From assembly GCA_021772015.1 (NCBI GenBank), contig JAETNS010000006.1, forward strand, positions 82,098 through 146,097: 64,000 bases of DNA, given 5' to 3'. The notes under the pieces were generated by a model. The model had not been told where the DNA came from. It made no database searches and worked only from the letters and a program-made list of their open reading frames with translations. Source of the stretch: Prevotellaceae bacterium (GTDB lineage: Bacteria; Bacteroidota; Bacteroidia; Bacteroidales; Muribaculaceae). A program made the position numbers and the translations under genes. Below are positions 39,060 through 48,857 of the stretch, piece after piece (within the stretch, counting starts at the first letter, position 1; each line of letters opens with the position of its first letter).

Positions 39060-39962
39060 TCAGAGCCACGCGTTAGCCCGCTCTTTCACTGCAAGGGATT
39101 CGCTCAGCAGCCTGACAAACTCACAAGTCGATTTCTTGTGGTAGGAACCCACCAGGGTATGCACGCATCCGGTCATCTCATTTTCGGGAATGCGTAACGG
39201 GACAGCTGTGACCCCTTGTTGATTATGGACCGATGCCTCCGCAAGGACAGTCACAAGATTGCTATGGCGGATAAGCTCCAGCAGTATGTTCGGATCATTC
39301 AGTTCAATGCGTATGTCAAGATCACATGGATACCTCTCACGTATTTTCTCCAAGTAGTTGCGGGCCTGAAGTCCGATAGACGGAAGAGCCAGCTGATATC
39401 TTGAAAGCTCATCGAGGCCGACATTTTCCTTTTTAGCTACAGGATGGGAATTGTTGACTATGGCTGCGAGATAATTCTGGAAAAGTGTGTGGGATTCTAT
39501 ATCAGCCATCGGAGCCGTCGGCTTGAAGGCATGCACAAAATCCACCTCGCGGCGGCGCAACATCTCCATAAGCTCCGCCATTGGCTTATAACAGATATTG
39601 AGCTTCACTCCGGGGAAACGTTTCATGAAGGTGAAGATCGTCTCTGTCAAAATCGGACTGAACGAATATGTAACGCCGATATTGAGATTTCCGGTCAAGA
39701 CATTACGCAGGTCGAGCATACGTTGGCAACACTCGTCAGCGTCGGCCACGGTCTTTCGGGCATAGGGCAGAAGAGCTTCTCCGTATTCGGTCAGCGTGAC
39801 ACTATGGCTGTCGCGGATGAACAGCCGGGAGCCGACTTCCTGTTCGAGGGCCTTTATCTGCTGTGAGATGGTGCTTTGTGTGAGACACATCATTCTTGAG
39901 GCTTCAGAGAAGTTCAATACTTCGGCCAACGTAATGAATGTGCGCAGGTGTCGTAATTCCAT
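39060..39962 (-). CDS. LysR family transcriptional regulator
   Basis: 'LNFSEAS..CLTQSTISQQIKALE' HTH plus a substrate-binding domain. Confidence 0.93.
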   Translation of the reverse strand: MELRHLRTFITLAEVLNFSEASRMMCLTQSTISQQIKALEQEVGSRLFIRDSHSVTLTEYGEALLPYARKTVADADECCQRMLDLRNVLTGNLNIGVTYSFSPILTETIFTFMKRFPGVKLNICYKPMAELMEMLRRREVDFVHAFKPTAPMADIESHTLFQNYLAAIVNNSHPVAKKENVGLDELSRYQLALPSIGLQARNYLEKIRERYPCDLDIRIELNDPNILLELIRHSNLVTVLAEASVHNQQGVTAVPLRIPENEMTGCVHTLVGSYHKKSTCEFVRLLSESLAVKERANAWL

Positions 39963-40043
39963 TGGGTTGGGTTTTTCAGTGCAAATTTACTGTTTTGGCG
40001 GCAGGTATCCGCCTATGATCTTAAAACAATCCTGAACGGATCT

Positions 40044-40526
40044 TTACCTCGTGGCCCTATAAGCGATCCGTTTGAGAAGAAAGACGGGAAGGGTGCCACC
40101 AACCACCATGCCGATTATAATGGACAGGCATACAAAGCCATTGTTTGAGAAAAGATAGAAATAATGCAGGAAGTCTGTCTCACTGTCATGGAACAGACAC
40201 ATCGCGAGTCCTCCGAAAGTCTTATAAGCGTATATGCCGGGGATCATCGGCAACAAAGAAGGGAAAAGAAAGGTCTCGGCCGGGATCTTCGCGACGGGGG
40301 AAAGGATAACCGCCAGACAGCCGACAATCAATGAGGCGACAGCCGTCGCGGGGATAATATTCAGTGCGCCCACCTCCGGGGTCATAAGCAAGAACCGGGC
40401 CGAATGCCCGGCGGCCGCGATCAACGCGCAATAAATATATGCCGTTTTCGGAGGATTGCTGATCGCGGAAAATCCGATTGCCGCTATCGCTGCAAAGAAA
40501 GCGTCATATAAAAATTTTTCTATCAT
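40044..40526 (-). CDS. Threonine/serine exporter, ThrE_2-type small subunit
   Basis: Hydrophobic 160 aa, 'PSLLPMIPG', adjacent to a ThrE gene. Confidence 0.8.
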   Translation of the reverse strand: MIEKFLYDAFFAAIAAIGFSAISNPPKTAYIYCALIAAAGHSARFLLMTPEVGALNIIPATAVASLIVGCLAVILSPVAKIPAETFLFPSLLPMIPGIYAYKTFGGLAMCLFHDSETDFLHYFYLFSNNGFVCLSIIIGMVVGGTLPVFLLKRIAYRATR

Positions 40527-40542
40527 GGCTCGAATAATTTAT

Positions 40543-41304
40543 TCAGAACATACCTACCCGCATCACCCACATTCCCGCGCAAAGTCCGGCCGAAAGACAA
40601 CATGTAAGGACAACCGTGTCGGTCAACCTGCAGAAAAAGCATATGTAATGCTTGTCGAGCATATCACTGAAAGAATTAAGAAACGGTATCCCGGGGACAA
40701 GATACAACACACTGGTGCCGATCGCGATCTCCGGGGTTGTGCCAAGGGAGAACAGGCTGTCACCACACGCCAGGACCGATGAGACAAAGGCGCATATCAT
40801 GAACACAAGCCTTACATCGATCTTATGGGCCAACATCACCTGTTTTAGATAATACCCACACATTGTGGCGAGGAATACGACCAATGAGGCCACAGCATCC
40901 CCGGAAAACAGCCTGCAGAAAGCTCCGTTTGCACAAGATACGGCAAACAGCACCCACACAGCGTTTGCGGGGGAGGCAAGGGCGATCTGAAGGAAAGATC
41001 GCCGGGCATCCTCTATGCGAAGTCCTCTGTCGGCGACCTCCCAGCTCAGGCGGCTTAACTTGGTTATCTTGTCGAAACTGATGCTTGTCTGTCCGGTGTC
41101 GGTAAGAAAATTCTTAGTTTCCTTGTCAGGGGCGATAACCGAAACTGTAACATGCCTGGGAAGAATGGTGATCGTGGAGGACAGTCCCCATCCGGCGGCC
41201 ATTCTGCCGACATTTTTTTCAACACGCGCGCAAGTGGCCCCGCTACGAAGCAGCAATGCCGCATATTCCGACAGGAAGCGTCCGGCTTCATCAAACCGCT
41301 CCAT
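40543..41304 (-). CDS. Threonine/serine exporter ThrE family
   Basis: 'LLRSGATCARV', 'SFDKITKLSRLS', 'VLYLVPGIPFLNS'. Confidence 0.82.
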   Translation of the reverse strand: MERFDEAGRFLSEYAALLLRSGATCARVEKNVGRMAAGWGLSSTITILPRHVTVSVIAPDKETKNFLTDTGQTSISFDKITKLSRLSWEVADRGLRIEDARRSFLQIALASPANAVWVLFAVSCANGAFCRLFSGDAVASLVVFLATMCGYYLKQVMLAHKIDVRLVFMICAFVSSVLACGDSLFSLGTTPEIAIGTSVLYLVPGIPFLNSFSDMLDKHYICFFCRLTDTVVLTCCLSAGLCAGMWVMRVGMF

Positions 41305-41306
41305 CT

Positions 41307-41519
41307 TCAATACTCCCCATCCTCAAGGTCCTCCTTATAAGGATCGGGATCGCCCGGGATCCAGAATTCCTCTCTCTCGTTTCCCAATTCGATAAGATGC
41401 GGACGGTGTCTCTTGCCGGAGAGCCGGGAAACGGCAACGGCAAATCGCGCTATGATTATGGCAGACACAAGTGCTGCCATGCAGATCCATACAGTCATTG
41501 GAGTTATCATGATCATCAT
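41307..41519 (-). CDS. Small hypothetical protein with one TM segment
   Basis: 70-aa ORF with a hydrophobic N-half and an acidic tail, ending 2 nt before the ThrE ATG. Confidence 0.4.
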   Translation of the reverse strand: MMIMITPMTVWICMAALVSAIIIARFAVAVSRLSGKRHRPHLIELGNEREEFWIPGDPDPYKEDLEDGEY

Positions 41520-41673
41520 TTTTTATGCAAAGTAAACAACTCAGCAAAACAAAAAATCGATCTGACAATGAATTTATACGATAACTGCTATAGAAAACTC
41601 CGTTTGACTGTGTGGGAATTTCCCCATTGCACTCCCGTAATCGCGGATATCCTACCCCTGGTATGGTCTGACT

Positions 41674-41733
41674 TAAGTAACTGTTCAAAATTATTTCATG
41701 CTAACCGATCTCATTATTTTGACCAGTTACTTA
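41674..41733. repeat. Imperfect palindrome, copy 1
   Basis: TAAGTAACTGTTCAAAAT (41674-41691) / ATTTTGACCAGTTACTTA (41716-41733), one mismatch. The right arm includes the TfoX stop codon. Confidence 0.8.
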
Positions 41734-42048
41734 TGGTTTCTTTTTGGATTTTGGGAACGGCAGATTATTCCAAAGAGTCTCTATGACCTTCAGAATCTTG
41801 GGCGTGTCAACAAAATCAAGGACATACGCCTCTTTAGCACCCGGATAAGGAGACCCGACTTCGGCATCTGCCATCAGATCGGCTATACAGGGCAGCTTTT
41901 TGACATACGCGTTATTGTCGCAAGCGGTGATGACACATTTCTCGTTAACGTAAATGATATAATCGCCCATCATCTTTCTGCTGCGAACATCGCCAAGGGG
42001 CCGGAGCGTCTCGCACACAAATTCGACAAATTCAGCTGTGCAAGCCAT
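41731..42048 (-). CDS. TfoX/Sxy N-terminal domain family protein
   Basis: 'VRSRKMMGDYIIYVNEK', 'PYPGAK'. Confidence 0.8.
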   Translation of the reverse strand: MACTAEFVEFVCETLRPLGDVRSRKMMGDYIIYVNEKCVITACDNNAYVKKLPCIADLMADAEVGSPYPGAKEAYVLDFVDTPKILKVIETLWNNLPFPKSKKKP

Positions 42049-42051
42049 GAT

Positions 42052-42660
42052 TCATCCTGGAAACAAGTTGCAGAATCCCTGTTTGTTGAACTGATAGTAC
42101 ATCTCTATGCGCTCGGGCGTGTCGTTTTCAAGCAGCAGAAGCAATTCTTTTGCGAATTCAAGCGTGGCGGAACCGTTGGCGGTCACGATGTTATTATCGC
42201 AGACAGCCTGGGCATGGACATATCCACCGGTATTGGTGTAATTACCATCGCCCCAGAGTTTCAGCTGGTCCAAACCGTTGCCGGTATGCTTTACGGCATT
42301 TAGGAATCCATGCTTTGCCATGAACGAGGCTGCATTACAGATCGCTCCGACTATTTTACCGTTCTCAATGGCTTGACTGACAAGCGGCACCACTTGGTCC
42401 GCTACGGGCGTACTCCATCCGAAGCCGCCAATCAGCACCAACGCGGCATAATCGTCGGGGATTGTATCGAAAGAATAATCCGGCACGGTAAGGAAACCTC
42501 CAATGGATTTTACCGGCTCCAATGTCGGGGCCACAATCTTATTCACATACTTCGGATTATCTTTTATTGCAAGCTCGTCAGACGCGATTGCCTGCGAAAG
42601 ATATACCGCCTCATGAGCGGCATAATCGGGCAAAAGTATATATAGGATTTCGTTGCTCAT
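42052..42660 (-). CDS. DJ-1/PfpI family (class I glutamine amidotransferase-like) protein
   Basis: 'LVLIGG', 'VGAICNA', 'NIVTANG'. Confidence 0.85.
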   Translation of the reverse strand: MSNEILYILLPDYAAHEAVYLSQAIASDELAIKDNPKYVNKIVAPTLEPVKSIGGFLTVPDYSFDTIPDDYAALVLIGGFGWSTPVADQVVPLVSQAIENGKIVGAICNAASFMAKHGFLNAVKHTGNGLDQLKLWGDGNYTNTGGYVHAQAVCDNNIVTANGSATLEFAKELLLLLENDTPERIEMYYQFNKQGFCNLFPG

Positions 42661-42874
42661 GGTCTTTGACTTTTTCCAGCGTTTGATATGTGAACCGTAG
42701 GGCTTAGCCAAGAAGCTGACTACAAAATTACGAAAATTTCCGGCTCAAGCCAAAAAGAGAATTTATTTCTATTTTCGCTTGAAGAATTTGATTCATTTTT
42801 ATTGTATATTCGATAGCAAACGCAAGGGTCACAACTCTGATCTTTCCGTATTACAAATAGTCCAATGTCATACC

Positions 42875-43393
42875 TTAAAGATCCTTTTTCAAACTCAATC
42901 GATAGGCTTTGCTTGGGATTCCGTCAAACTCATAATCCTCGACAAACTCAAATCCGCATTTTTCCGCGACCCGTCGGGATGCGACATTTCTGGCATCGTT
43001 TGTAATAAGGATGGATTTAAGCAGCAACCTATTACGGCAATAGTCAATAAATCCATTCAACGCCTCGGTTGTCAAACCTTTGCTCCAATGAGGATAACCG
43101 ATCCAATACCCGACTTCCCGCTCCCGTGGTTGTATGGCATAGTGTTCGGCACCTTCAGGAACAAGCCCGATGCAACCTATCGGTTCGTCAGTGGCGCGGA
43201 GCACGATAGCAAACGATTGTGGATTAGGGATAAAAATCGTTTCAATAACCTCGCGGCTCATCTCCACGGATGTATGACGGGGCCAAAGGGCGAGTTCACT
43301 TACCCTTTCATCAGAAGCGTATTTATAAAGAGCCGCGTCATCCTCAATTCTCCAACGACGTAAAATAAGCCGATTGGTTTCAATGAAATACAT
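42875..43393 (-). CDS. GNAT acetyltransferase (RimJ/RimL type)
   Basis: 'ETNRLILRRW', 'EVGYWIG..HWSKGLTTEA', 'NVASRRVAEKCGF'. Confidence 0.88.
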   Translation of the reverse strand: MYFIETNRLILRRWRIEDDAALYKYASDERVSELALWPRHTSVEMSREVIETIFIPNPQSFAIVLRATDEPIGCIGLVPEGAEHYAIQPREREVGYWIGYPHWSKGLTTEALNGFIDYCRNRLLLKSILITNDARNVASRRVAEKCGFEFVEDYEFDGIPSKAYRLSLKKDL

Positions 43394-43441
43394 CTCCAAT
43401 AATTATAACTGTATTATGTTGCTAAAGCTCAAGTTCTTTCA

Positions 43442-43477
43442 TAAGTAACTGTTCAAAATAATTTTGACCGGTTACTT
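43442..43477. repeat. Imperfect palindrome, copy 2
   Basis: TAAGTAACTGTTCAAAAT (43442-43459, identical to the copy 1 left arm) / ATTTTGACCGGTTACTT (43461-43477). Confidence 0.8.
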
Positions 43478-43520
43478 GATCGTATTCGCTCTATAGACCA
43501 AACAGTCTACAACTGTATGA

Positions 43521-44144
43521 CTAATTCTCCATATGACCAAATATTTCCTGTTGAAGCAAATCAAGGAAGCGGGCGGCATGGACACCATCCATCTGGGTGT
43601 GGTGGAACTGGAATGATACCGTGAGGGTTGTCTTTAACCAGCCTTTGCGGTATCGGCCCCAAATCATGAACGGGTTGTTGAATATTCCGCTATACATCCC
43701 GACAGCACCGTCAATGTCGAACTGTGCCAATGCCGATGTGCCGATTACCATGCTGTCTGTCAAGTCGTGATTCTCGCAGGTTTCGGCAACTTGCCGCGTG
43801 AGCCGGAGATAGTCAGCGTTGAATTTTAACAAATCATCAGAAAAGGGGATATCGCAAGAGCTTACTTCGCCTTGGCTATTGGCAACAATGGTATTTACAG
43901 CAATGGTATTATACTGAATCAGTTTGTTGCCGACCGGAAGTGTGAAGAATTCTTTGACCTTATTTGCCGCTTTACCGATGCACCAGCACATCAGCATATT
44001 GAATTTCATCCTTTTTCTCTTGCTGACTTTTATGAGCCGTGACACGTCGAGAGTCTTGAAAAACGTCACCATCGGCATGGGGGCTTTCATCCACATCTCG
44101 AATGCGTAAGCGCGGGTAGTTCCTTGAGGATTTACTTCTATCAT
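43521..44144 (-). CDS. CatA-like O-acetyltransferase (chloramphenicol acetyltransferase fold)
   Basis: 'TRAYAFEMW', 'PFMIWGRY', 'QFHHTQMDG' (resembles the CAT HHxxxDG active site). Confidence 0.75.
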   Translation of the reverse strand: MIEVNPQGTTRAYAFEMWMKAPMPMVTFFKTLDVSRLIKVSKRKRMKFNMLMCWCIGKAANKVKEFFTLPVGNKLIQYNTIAVNTIVANSQGEVSSCDIPFSDDLLKFNADYLRLTRQVAETCENHDLTDSMVIGTSALAQFDIDGAVGMYSGIFNNPFMIWGRYRKGWLKTTLTVSFQFHHTQMDGVHAARFLDLLQQEIFGHMEN

Positions 44145-44202
44145 AGTTTTTTTGTGGCAAAGTTACTGCCGACAATCCATGCCGGATAGAAGAAAACGGA
44201 CA

Positions 44203-44991
44203 TTATGCCGGAGTTGTGAACAGGTCGGAATATGGAATAGAGATTTGCGATGGTGTTACTCCACTGAACTGTCGAAAATCACGGATGAAATGCGATTGAT
44301 CGGAGTATCCGCAACAATAAGCTATATCAGCATAATTCTGACAATGATTCTGCAACAGCCACATTGATTTCTGAAAGCGGACAATCCGGGCATATTCCTT
44401 CGGCATCATACCGACAAGACTGTTGAATACTCGCCCGAACTGCTTTGGGGAAAGACAGGCTATGTCAGCCAACTCATTGACTTGCAGCACGGGATTCTTC
44501 ATGATAGAATTGACGGTTGCGCCTATTCTTTTCAAATTCAGTGTGTCATATTGGTATTTCAACTTTGAAAAAAGCCAACTCTCGAGTATCTTAATGCTCT
44601 GATGTGTATTCTCGCTATTGAAAATCCGAGTGGAAAGACCATTAAGATTTTTATTACCAATGTCGAATCCCGATATTTCAGAGTTGTAAAATGCAGATGG
44701 CGGAGTGTCGATAAACACTCCTATTGTATGAGGATAAAACACGGCTACAATCATCTCCGTATCACCAGCCGACGCTATATGAGCCGGGAAATTCACCTGA
44801 CCGCTAATGGTGAACTTATCCTGAGACACGGATAATTCCGGAATAAGCAGCGGTGAACGCCTATGAAATATTATCTGAGGGCAACCGATTGGAAAAGTAT
44901 GGATACTGAACTTCTCACGACTTTTCAGCACCCAATAATAACGTACGAATGGGCTCAATTCAGCACATGGCATGACAACTCTCAGATTCAT
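44203..44991 (-). CDS. AraC family transcriptional regulator
   Basis: C-terminal 'LSPKQFGRVF...GYSDQSHFIRDFRQFSGVTP'. Confidence 0.9.
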   Translation of the reverse strand: MNLRVVMPCAELSPFVRYYWVLKSREKFSIHTFPIGCPQIIFHRRSPLLIPELSVSQDKFTISGQVNFPAHIASAGDTEMIVAVFYPHTIGVFIDTPPSAFYNSEISGFDIGNKNLNGLSTRIFNSENTHQSIKILESWLFSKLKYQYDTLNLKRIGATVNSIMKNPVLQVNELADIACLSPKQFGRVFNSLVGMMPKEYARIVRFQKSMWLLQNHCQNYADIAYCCGYSDQSHFIRDFRQFSGVTPSQISIPYSDLFTTPA

Positions 44992-45005
44992 ACTCCGTCA
45001 ATATT

Positions 45006-45755
45006 TTATGGTTCAGATTCAGGCAGTTCAACTGTCTCAGTCCAACTTGGATCTCTTCGATAAAATGTCACATTAAAAGCATTGCCATCCCAGACGGTTT
45101 TGGTGACAGCTGCCGCCATATCTATGGTATGGGGCAATTCTTCCAGCCACCTTGACACAACGACTTCTTCCGTAACACAGTTGACTAAATCGACTCTTAT
45201 TGCATCGCCTATGCCGTGACCGATACAGCGGTACACCATAGCCTGATATTTTCTGTCGCGGCGGAGTTTCGAGTACTTTTCGAGCAGGATTTCCTTTTCG
45301 CATCCGCACTCCCGCATCCGCGCCAAAATGTCATTACGACGCTCCGCAAGGCTATTTTTACCGCCTTGCACACGGTCAATCTCCACAAGAATGTCCATAA
45401 TAATATTGGCAACATAGTTCTCAAACTCATTGCTGAGTTCCTCGCTGAACGCTTTGCTGAACCGTTTAAGCTCATACAGTTTGCGAGATGTCTCAATGTC
45501 AAGATTATACCACGACACGCCCAATTCAGGAGAGGTATGATAGCCCGGTTCGTATGTCTCATTTTGTGGCTCGACGTTCGCGCAGACAGTCAGTTTTCCG
45601 CATCCGTCGAGGTCGATGGGCTGTAATTCTGTCAGAATAAACTGTGCGATGCCAAATGTGACAGCATACAGATTCACATAACAATAATTGGATTTCTCCT
45701 TCTCTCTTTTTTCAAGAGTGTAATCGCCCTCGAAGCACAATGTTTGCAGTTTCAT
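45006..45755 (-). CDS. Hypothetical protein
   Basis: 249-aa ORF co-oriented with its neighbours, with no motif recognised. Confidence 0.7.
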   Translation of the reverse strand: MKLQTLCFEGDYTLEKREKEKSNYCYVNLYAVTFGIAQFILTELQPIDLDGCGKLTVCANVEPQNETYEPGYHTSPELGVSWYNLDIETSRKLYELKRFSKAFSEELSNEFENYVANIIMDILVEIDRVQGGKNSLAERRNDILARMRECGCEKEILLEKYSKLRRDRKYQAMVYRCIGHGIGDAIRVDLVNCVTEEVVVSRWLEELPHTIDMAAAVTKTVWDGNAFNVTFYRRDPSWTETVELPESEP

Positions 45756-45827
45756 CTCTTGAAATCTATTTGTATTGCTTTATGAATTTGCATCAGGGCA
45801 TTGGATTTATCATTCGTTGGTAAGTTG

Positions 45828-46886
45828 TCATTCGTTTTTTGCATTATAAAGAACTCCTTTAATAAAATCGGTTTTTGCATCCGTATAACCGTCTCTGTTA
45901 TTTTTGAATTGAGGCAATAGGCTAAGTTTCAACGTCTCATATTCGCGTGCCGCTTCGGAATGGCTATTGAGATAGTCGCGGAAGATAATTTCGTCATTAT
46001 CACCGATTGCATGGATATGAACATGGAATACCTTTTCGGCATAACCTGCCGGAGTATAGCCTTTGTTGAAACTCATACGATTTCCGGTTGAAGACATACA
46101 GATATATCCAGCTGTTTCCAATTCAGTTTTTACGCGTCGCCAATCGGCTTCGGGGGAGATTTCAACAAGGATATCAATTATAGGCTTCGCCTGGATATTG
46201 TTAATGGCAGTGCTACCTATGTGGTTGATTATCGGAGAGTAAGCAGACAATATATCGGAAAGTACTTGTATTTCGTCTTCAGCCCATTCTCTCCATTGAG
46301 GCTGATGTAGAGTCAGTATTATCGGGAACAGTTGCCACAATTCGGTTAATGTCATAGAATCGGGAGTCTTCTTGACCGTATGACTCAATATTTCCATTTC
46401 AATGCAATTCCACGTCTCGCCAAGACATTCGTAACTCTCGGTTTCTTGCCTGACGACTCGACGGAATCCAACCGATTCATAGCACCTGATAGCTGCCGGA
46501 TTGTTTTCAAATACGCCCAATGAGACTTTTATAGCACCAAGTTTTCTGAAAGCATAATCAACCGCCATGCTGACAAGGTATTTCCCCAATCCTTTGCCAC
46601 GTCTTGAATCATCAACAATTACGAAACCTATACGCTGCTCCAATAAGTCATCGTTCGGGACACGCAACGTTATATATCCTATCACTTCTTCGTCGTCAAC
46701 CATAGTCAGTGCAACGGAGTTATGTCCGTCAATGTATTGCTGATGATAAGAGTTCATATTTTCTGGCGTGACAGGAAACCGCTCATATCTGTCAGCGCAC
46801 CACTGGCGCATAAGGTATTCGCTTTTAAGCCAAGTAGCGATTACGTTGGCATCCGTGGGCTGATATGTCCTGAGAGTAAGGTTCAT
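45828..46886 (-). CDS. GNAT acetyltransferase fused to a GrpB/UPF0157 nucleotidyltransferase-like domain
   Basis: N-half 'RGKGLGK', 'NPAAIRCYESVGF'. C-half 'HIGSTAI', 'KPIIDIL', 'FRDYLNSH', 'YTDAKTDFI'. Confidence 0.82.
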   Translation of the reverse strand: MNLTLRTYQPTDANVIATWLKSEYLMRQWCADRYERFPVTPENMNSYHQQYIDGHNSVALTMVDDEEVIGYITLRVPNDDLLEQRIGFVIVDDSRRGKGLGKYLVSMAVDYAFRKLGAIKVSLGVFENNPAAIRCYESVGFRRVVRQETESYECLGETWNCIEMEILSHTVKKTPDSMTLTELWQLFPIILTLHQPQWREWAEDEIQVLSDILSAYSPIINHIGSTAINNIQAKPIIDILVEISPEADWRRVKTELETAGYICMSSTGNRMSFNKGYTPAGYAEKVFHVHIHAIGDNDEIIFRDYLNSHSEAAREYETLKLSLLPQFKNNRDGYTDAKTDFIKGVLYNAKNE

Positions 46887-47083
46887 GGCTCGTAATTGCG
46901 TTTGATTTCATCTATTGACTTGCCGCCGATACCGAAATTTTCATCCGGCAATTCCTTGATGGTGACAGTGAAGAACTGTGCCGGGATATGTGTTATCTCG
47001 GAGGCTGTCGATGTTAGTCGCTCGATAAGTTCTTTCTTTTGTTCGGAGGTCAATGCTCCGCTTTCAACTGAAATATACGGCAT
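46883..47083 (-). CDS. 4-oxalocrotonate tautomerase family protein (DmpI-like)
   Basis: Pro-1 start 'MPYISV', 'QKKELI', 'FGIGG'. Confidence 0.85.
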   Translation of the reverse strand: MPYISVESGALTSEQKKELIERLTSTASEITHIPAQFFTVTIKELPDENFGIGGKSIDEIKRNYEP

Positions 47084-47087
47084 AAAC

Positions 47088-47657
47088 TCATGAATTTAAT
47101 TTAAGCAGAATCGAAGCCATATTCTGGCCGAGGTTGCGCATATTGGCCATTCCCTCATCATCTTTCAGTACATCACCGATTTCTCGCCCATAAACCATAT
47201 TCCAATAGGTAGAACCAACGACTATCATCTCTTTATTGAGATAGAAATGATTCATGGTGTCAACAGCAGTCATTCCACCTGCACGACGCACAGCGGCAAC
47301 CGCCACGCCAACTTTATGTTTCAGAATTCCGGGATTAGTTGCAGCGACAACCCCACCTCTATCCAACATCGCTTTCATCCGGGATGAAACATCGGCTGAA
47401 TAAACCGGGGAGCCAAGAATTATTCCGTCGGCCTCAACCATTTTGCTGAATATCTCGGCAAAACCATCTTTGCGGAACACGCAGTTGCCTTTGCCTTTAC
47501 AGGCAAAGCAAGCACGGCACGGCTCTATATTGACATCTGCCAACTGAATAAGCTCGGTTTCAATACCTTGCTTATTCAGTTCCTCAAATATCGCGCGGAT
47601 TATGATTGTTGTATTGGCATCTTTACGTGCGCTTCCGTTAATGCCGATTACTTTCAT
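47088..47657 (-). CDS. Flavodoxin-like NADPH-dependent FMN reductase / iron-sulfur flavoprotein
   Basis: 'INGSAR..NT', 'CRACFAC....C', 'GSPVY'. Confidence 0.88.
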   Translation of the reverse strand: MKVIGINGSARKDANTTIIIRAIFEELNKQGIETELIQLADVNIEPCRACFACKGKGNCVFRKDGFAEIFSKMVEADGIILGSPVYSADVSSRMKAMLDRGGVVAATNPGILKHKVGVAVAAVRRAGGMTAVDTMNHFYLNKEMIVVGSTYWNMVYGREIGDVLKDDEGMANMRNLGQNMASILLKLNS

Positions 47658-48519
47658 TATTGACTTTCCTCTCATAATCGTCGATTTTTCCATCAGCCAT
47701 TTTGATTCGTATTTTACCTGGCCAACCCATATCTAAGTAAGAAACTATATACCAACCATCTTCTGCCGGTTCTATGCGGCAGATTGTTGACTCCCCATCA
47801 GAGCCCGGCTTGGAATCTTGGGCATCTGTTCTCAGCGCATAATAGGCATAGCATGGAGCGTCGTCGCAGTCATATTCATAGGCGTCTTGAAGTTTTTTGA
47901 GAGCATTTGCCGTGAAAAACTTTTCGGGATGATTGATTACATCATCAGAATCTATTGCGAAGACAAAGTTGTCATAAATCGAGATAATCTTGACGATGTT
48001 TGGGTCGGTATGGTCTTCGGCAGTTTCTTCCGTCACGACATTATCCACTTTCTGATAGGTTACTTTGCGAAGCTGAATATATTCCCCGGGGATATCACTG
48101 TTAAGCCTGACTTTCGAATCGAGTTTCACATCTATTGTGGATATACGAGGTAGAATTAGACGCAAAGCATTCTCTACATCCATGTTTTCGCAAGCCATTT
48201 CTGTCATCACGCCATCGCCGAAGGTAATGGAATCCCCCTTTATAGTGCAGATCCCGGAGATGGTGTTGCAATTGGTCTGAATGAAATACGTGCTGTCATT
48301 AAAACTGATGTACTGGTGGACACCTGGCATAGTAATTTCAGGACATACATAATCTGAATCATTGAAGGCAATGGTTTCTATAATCCATTGGCCGCGAGAA
48401 TCGACATTCATCAATGTTTCCTTGGTTTCAGTGCCGGTGTCGGTTTTAGTGCCGGTGGAACATCCTATGGCTATTAGTCCCAATGCAGCAGTGACTGCAA
48501 CGAGCGATTTGAGTTTCAT
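47638..48519 (-). CDS. META domain lipoprotein with an additional C-terminal domain
   Basis: Lipobox 'AIGC', 'TNCNTISG', 'MTEMAC' (META). It overlaps the flavodoxin start by 20 nt. Confidence 0.72.
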   Translation of the reverse strand: MKLKSLVAVTAALGLIAIGCSTGTKTDTGTETKETLMNVDSRGQWIIETIAFNDSDYVCPEITMPGVHQYISFNDSTYFIQTNCNTISGICTIKGDSITFGDGVMTEMACENMDVENALRLILPRISTIDVKLDSKVRLNSDIPGEYIQLRKVTYQKVDNVVTEETAEDHTDPNIVKIISIYDNFVFAIDSDDVINHPEKFFTANALKKLQDAYEYDCDDAPCYAYYALRTDAQDSKPGSDGESTICRIEPAEDGWYIVSYLDMGWPGKIRIKMADGKIDDYERKVNNESNRH

Positions 48520-48560
48520 GTTATCTTTATGTGTAATTGATTTATTATTTAGTGCGCCTC

Positions 48561-48851
48561 TTATTGCAAAGTCGATTTTAACGAATCATCGGCAACCATC
48601 GTCGGAGAAAACTCCACAACCTGATAATCGGCAATACCGTTGATGTGGAACGGATCTTCATCTATGATGGCATTAACCGTATCGCGATTGTCAGCTTTCA
48701 TCATTATCACGCCACCGACACGCGGTGTTTGCGGACCTGATGCAATGAAAATTCCGGCTGCATAGTGCTTGGCAAGATATTCACGATGCGCGGCGAGGAA
48801 TCGATCAACCTCGCTCAACGGCTTTTTGTATGTGAGAATTGCGATAAACAT
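48561..48851 (-). CDS. YciI family protein
   Basis: 'AHREYL', 'FIASGP..PRVGG', 'EDPF'. Confidence 0.85.
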   Translation of the reverse strand: MFIAILTYKKPLSEVDRFLAAHREYLAKHYAAGIFIASGPQTPRVGGVIMMKADNRDTVNAIIDEDPFHINGIADYQVVEFSPTMVADDSLKSTLQ

Positions 48852-48857
48852 GGTAAC

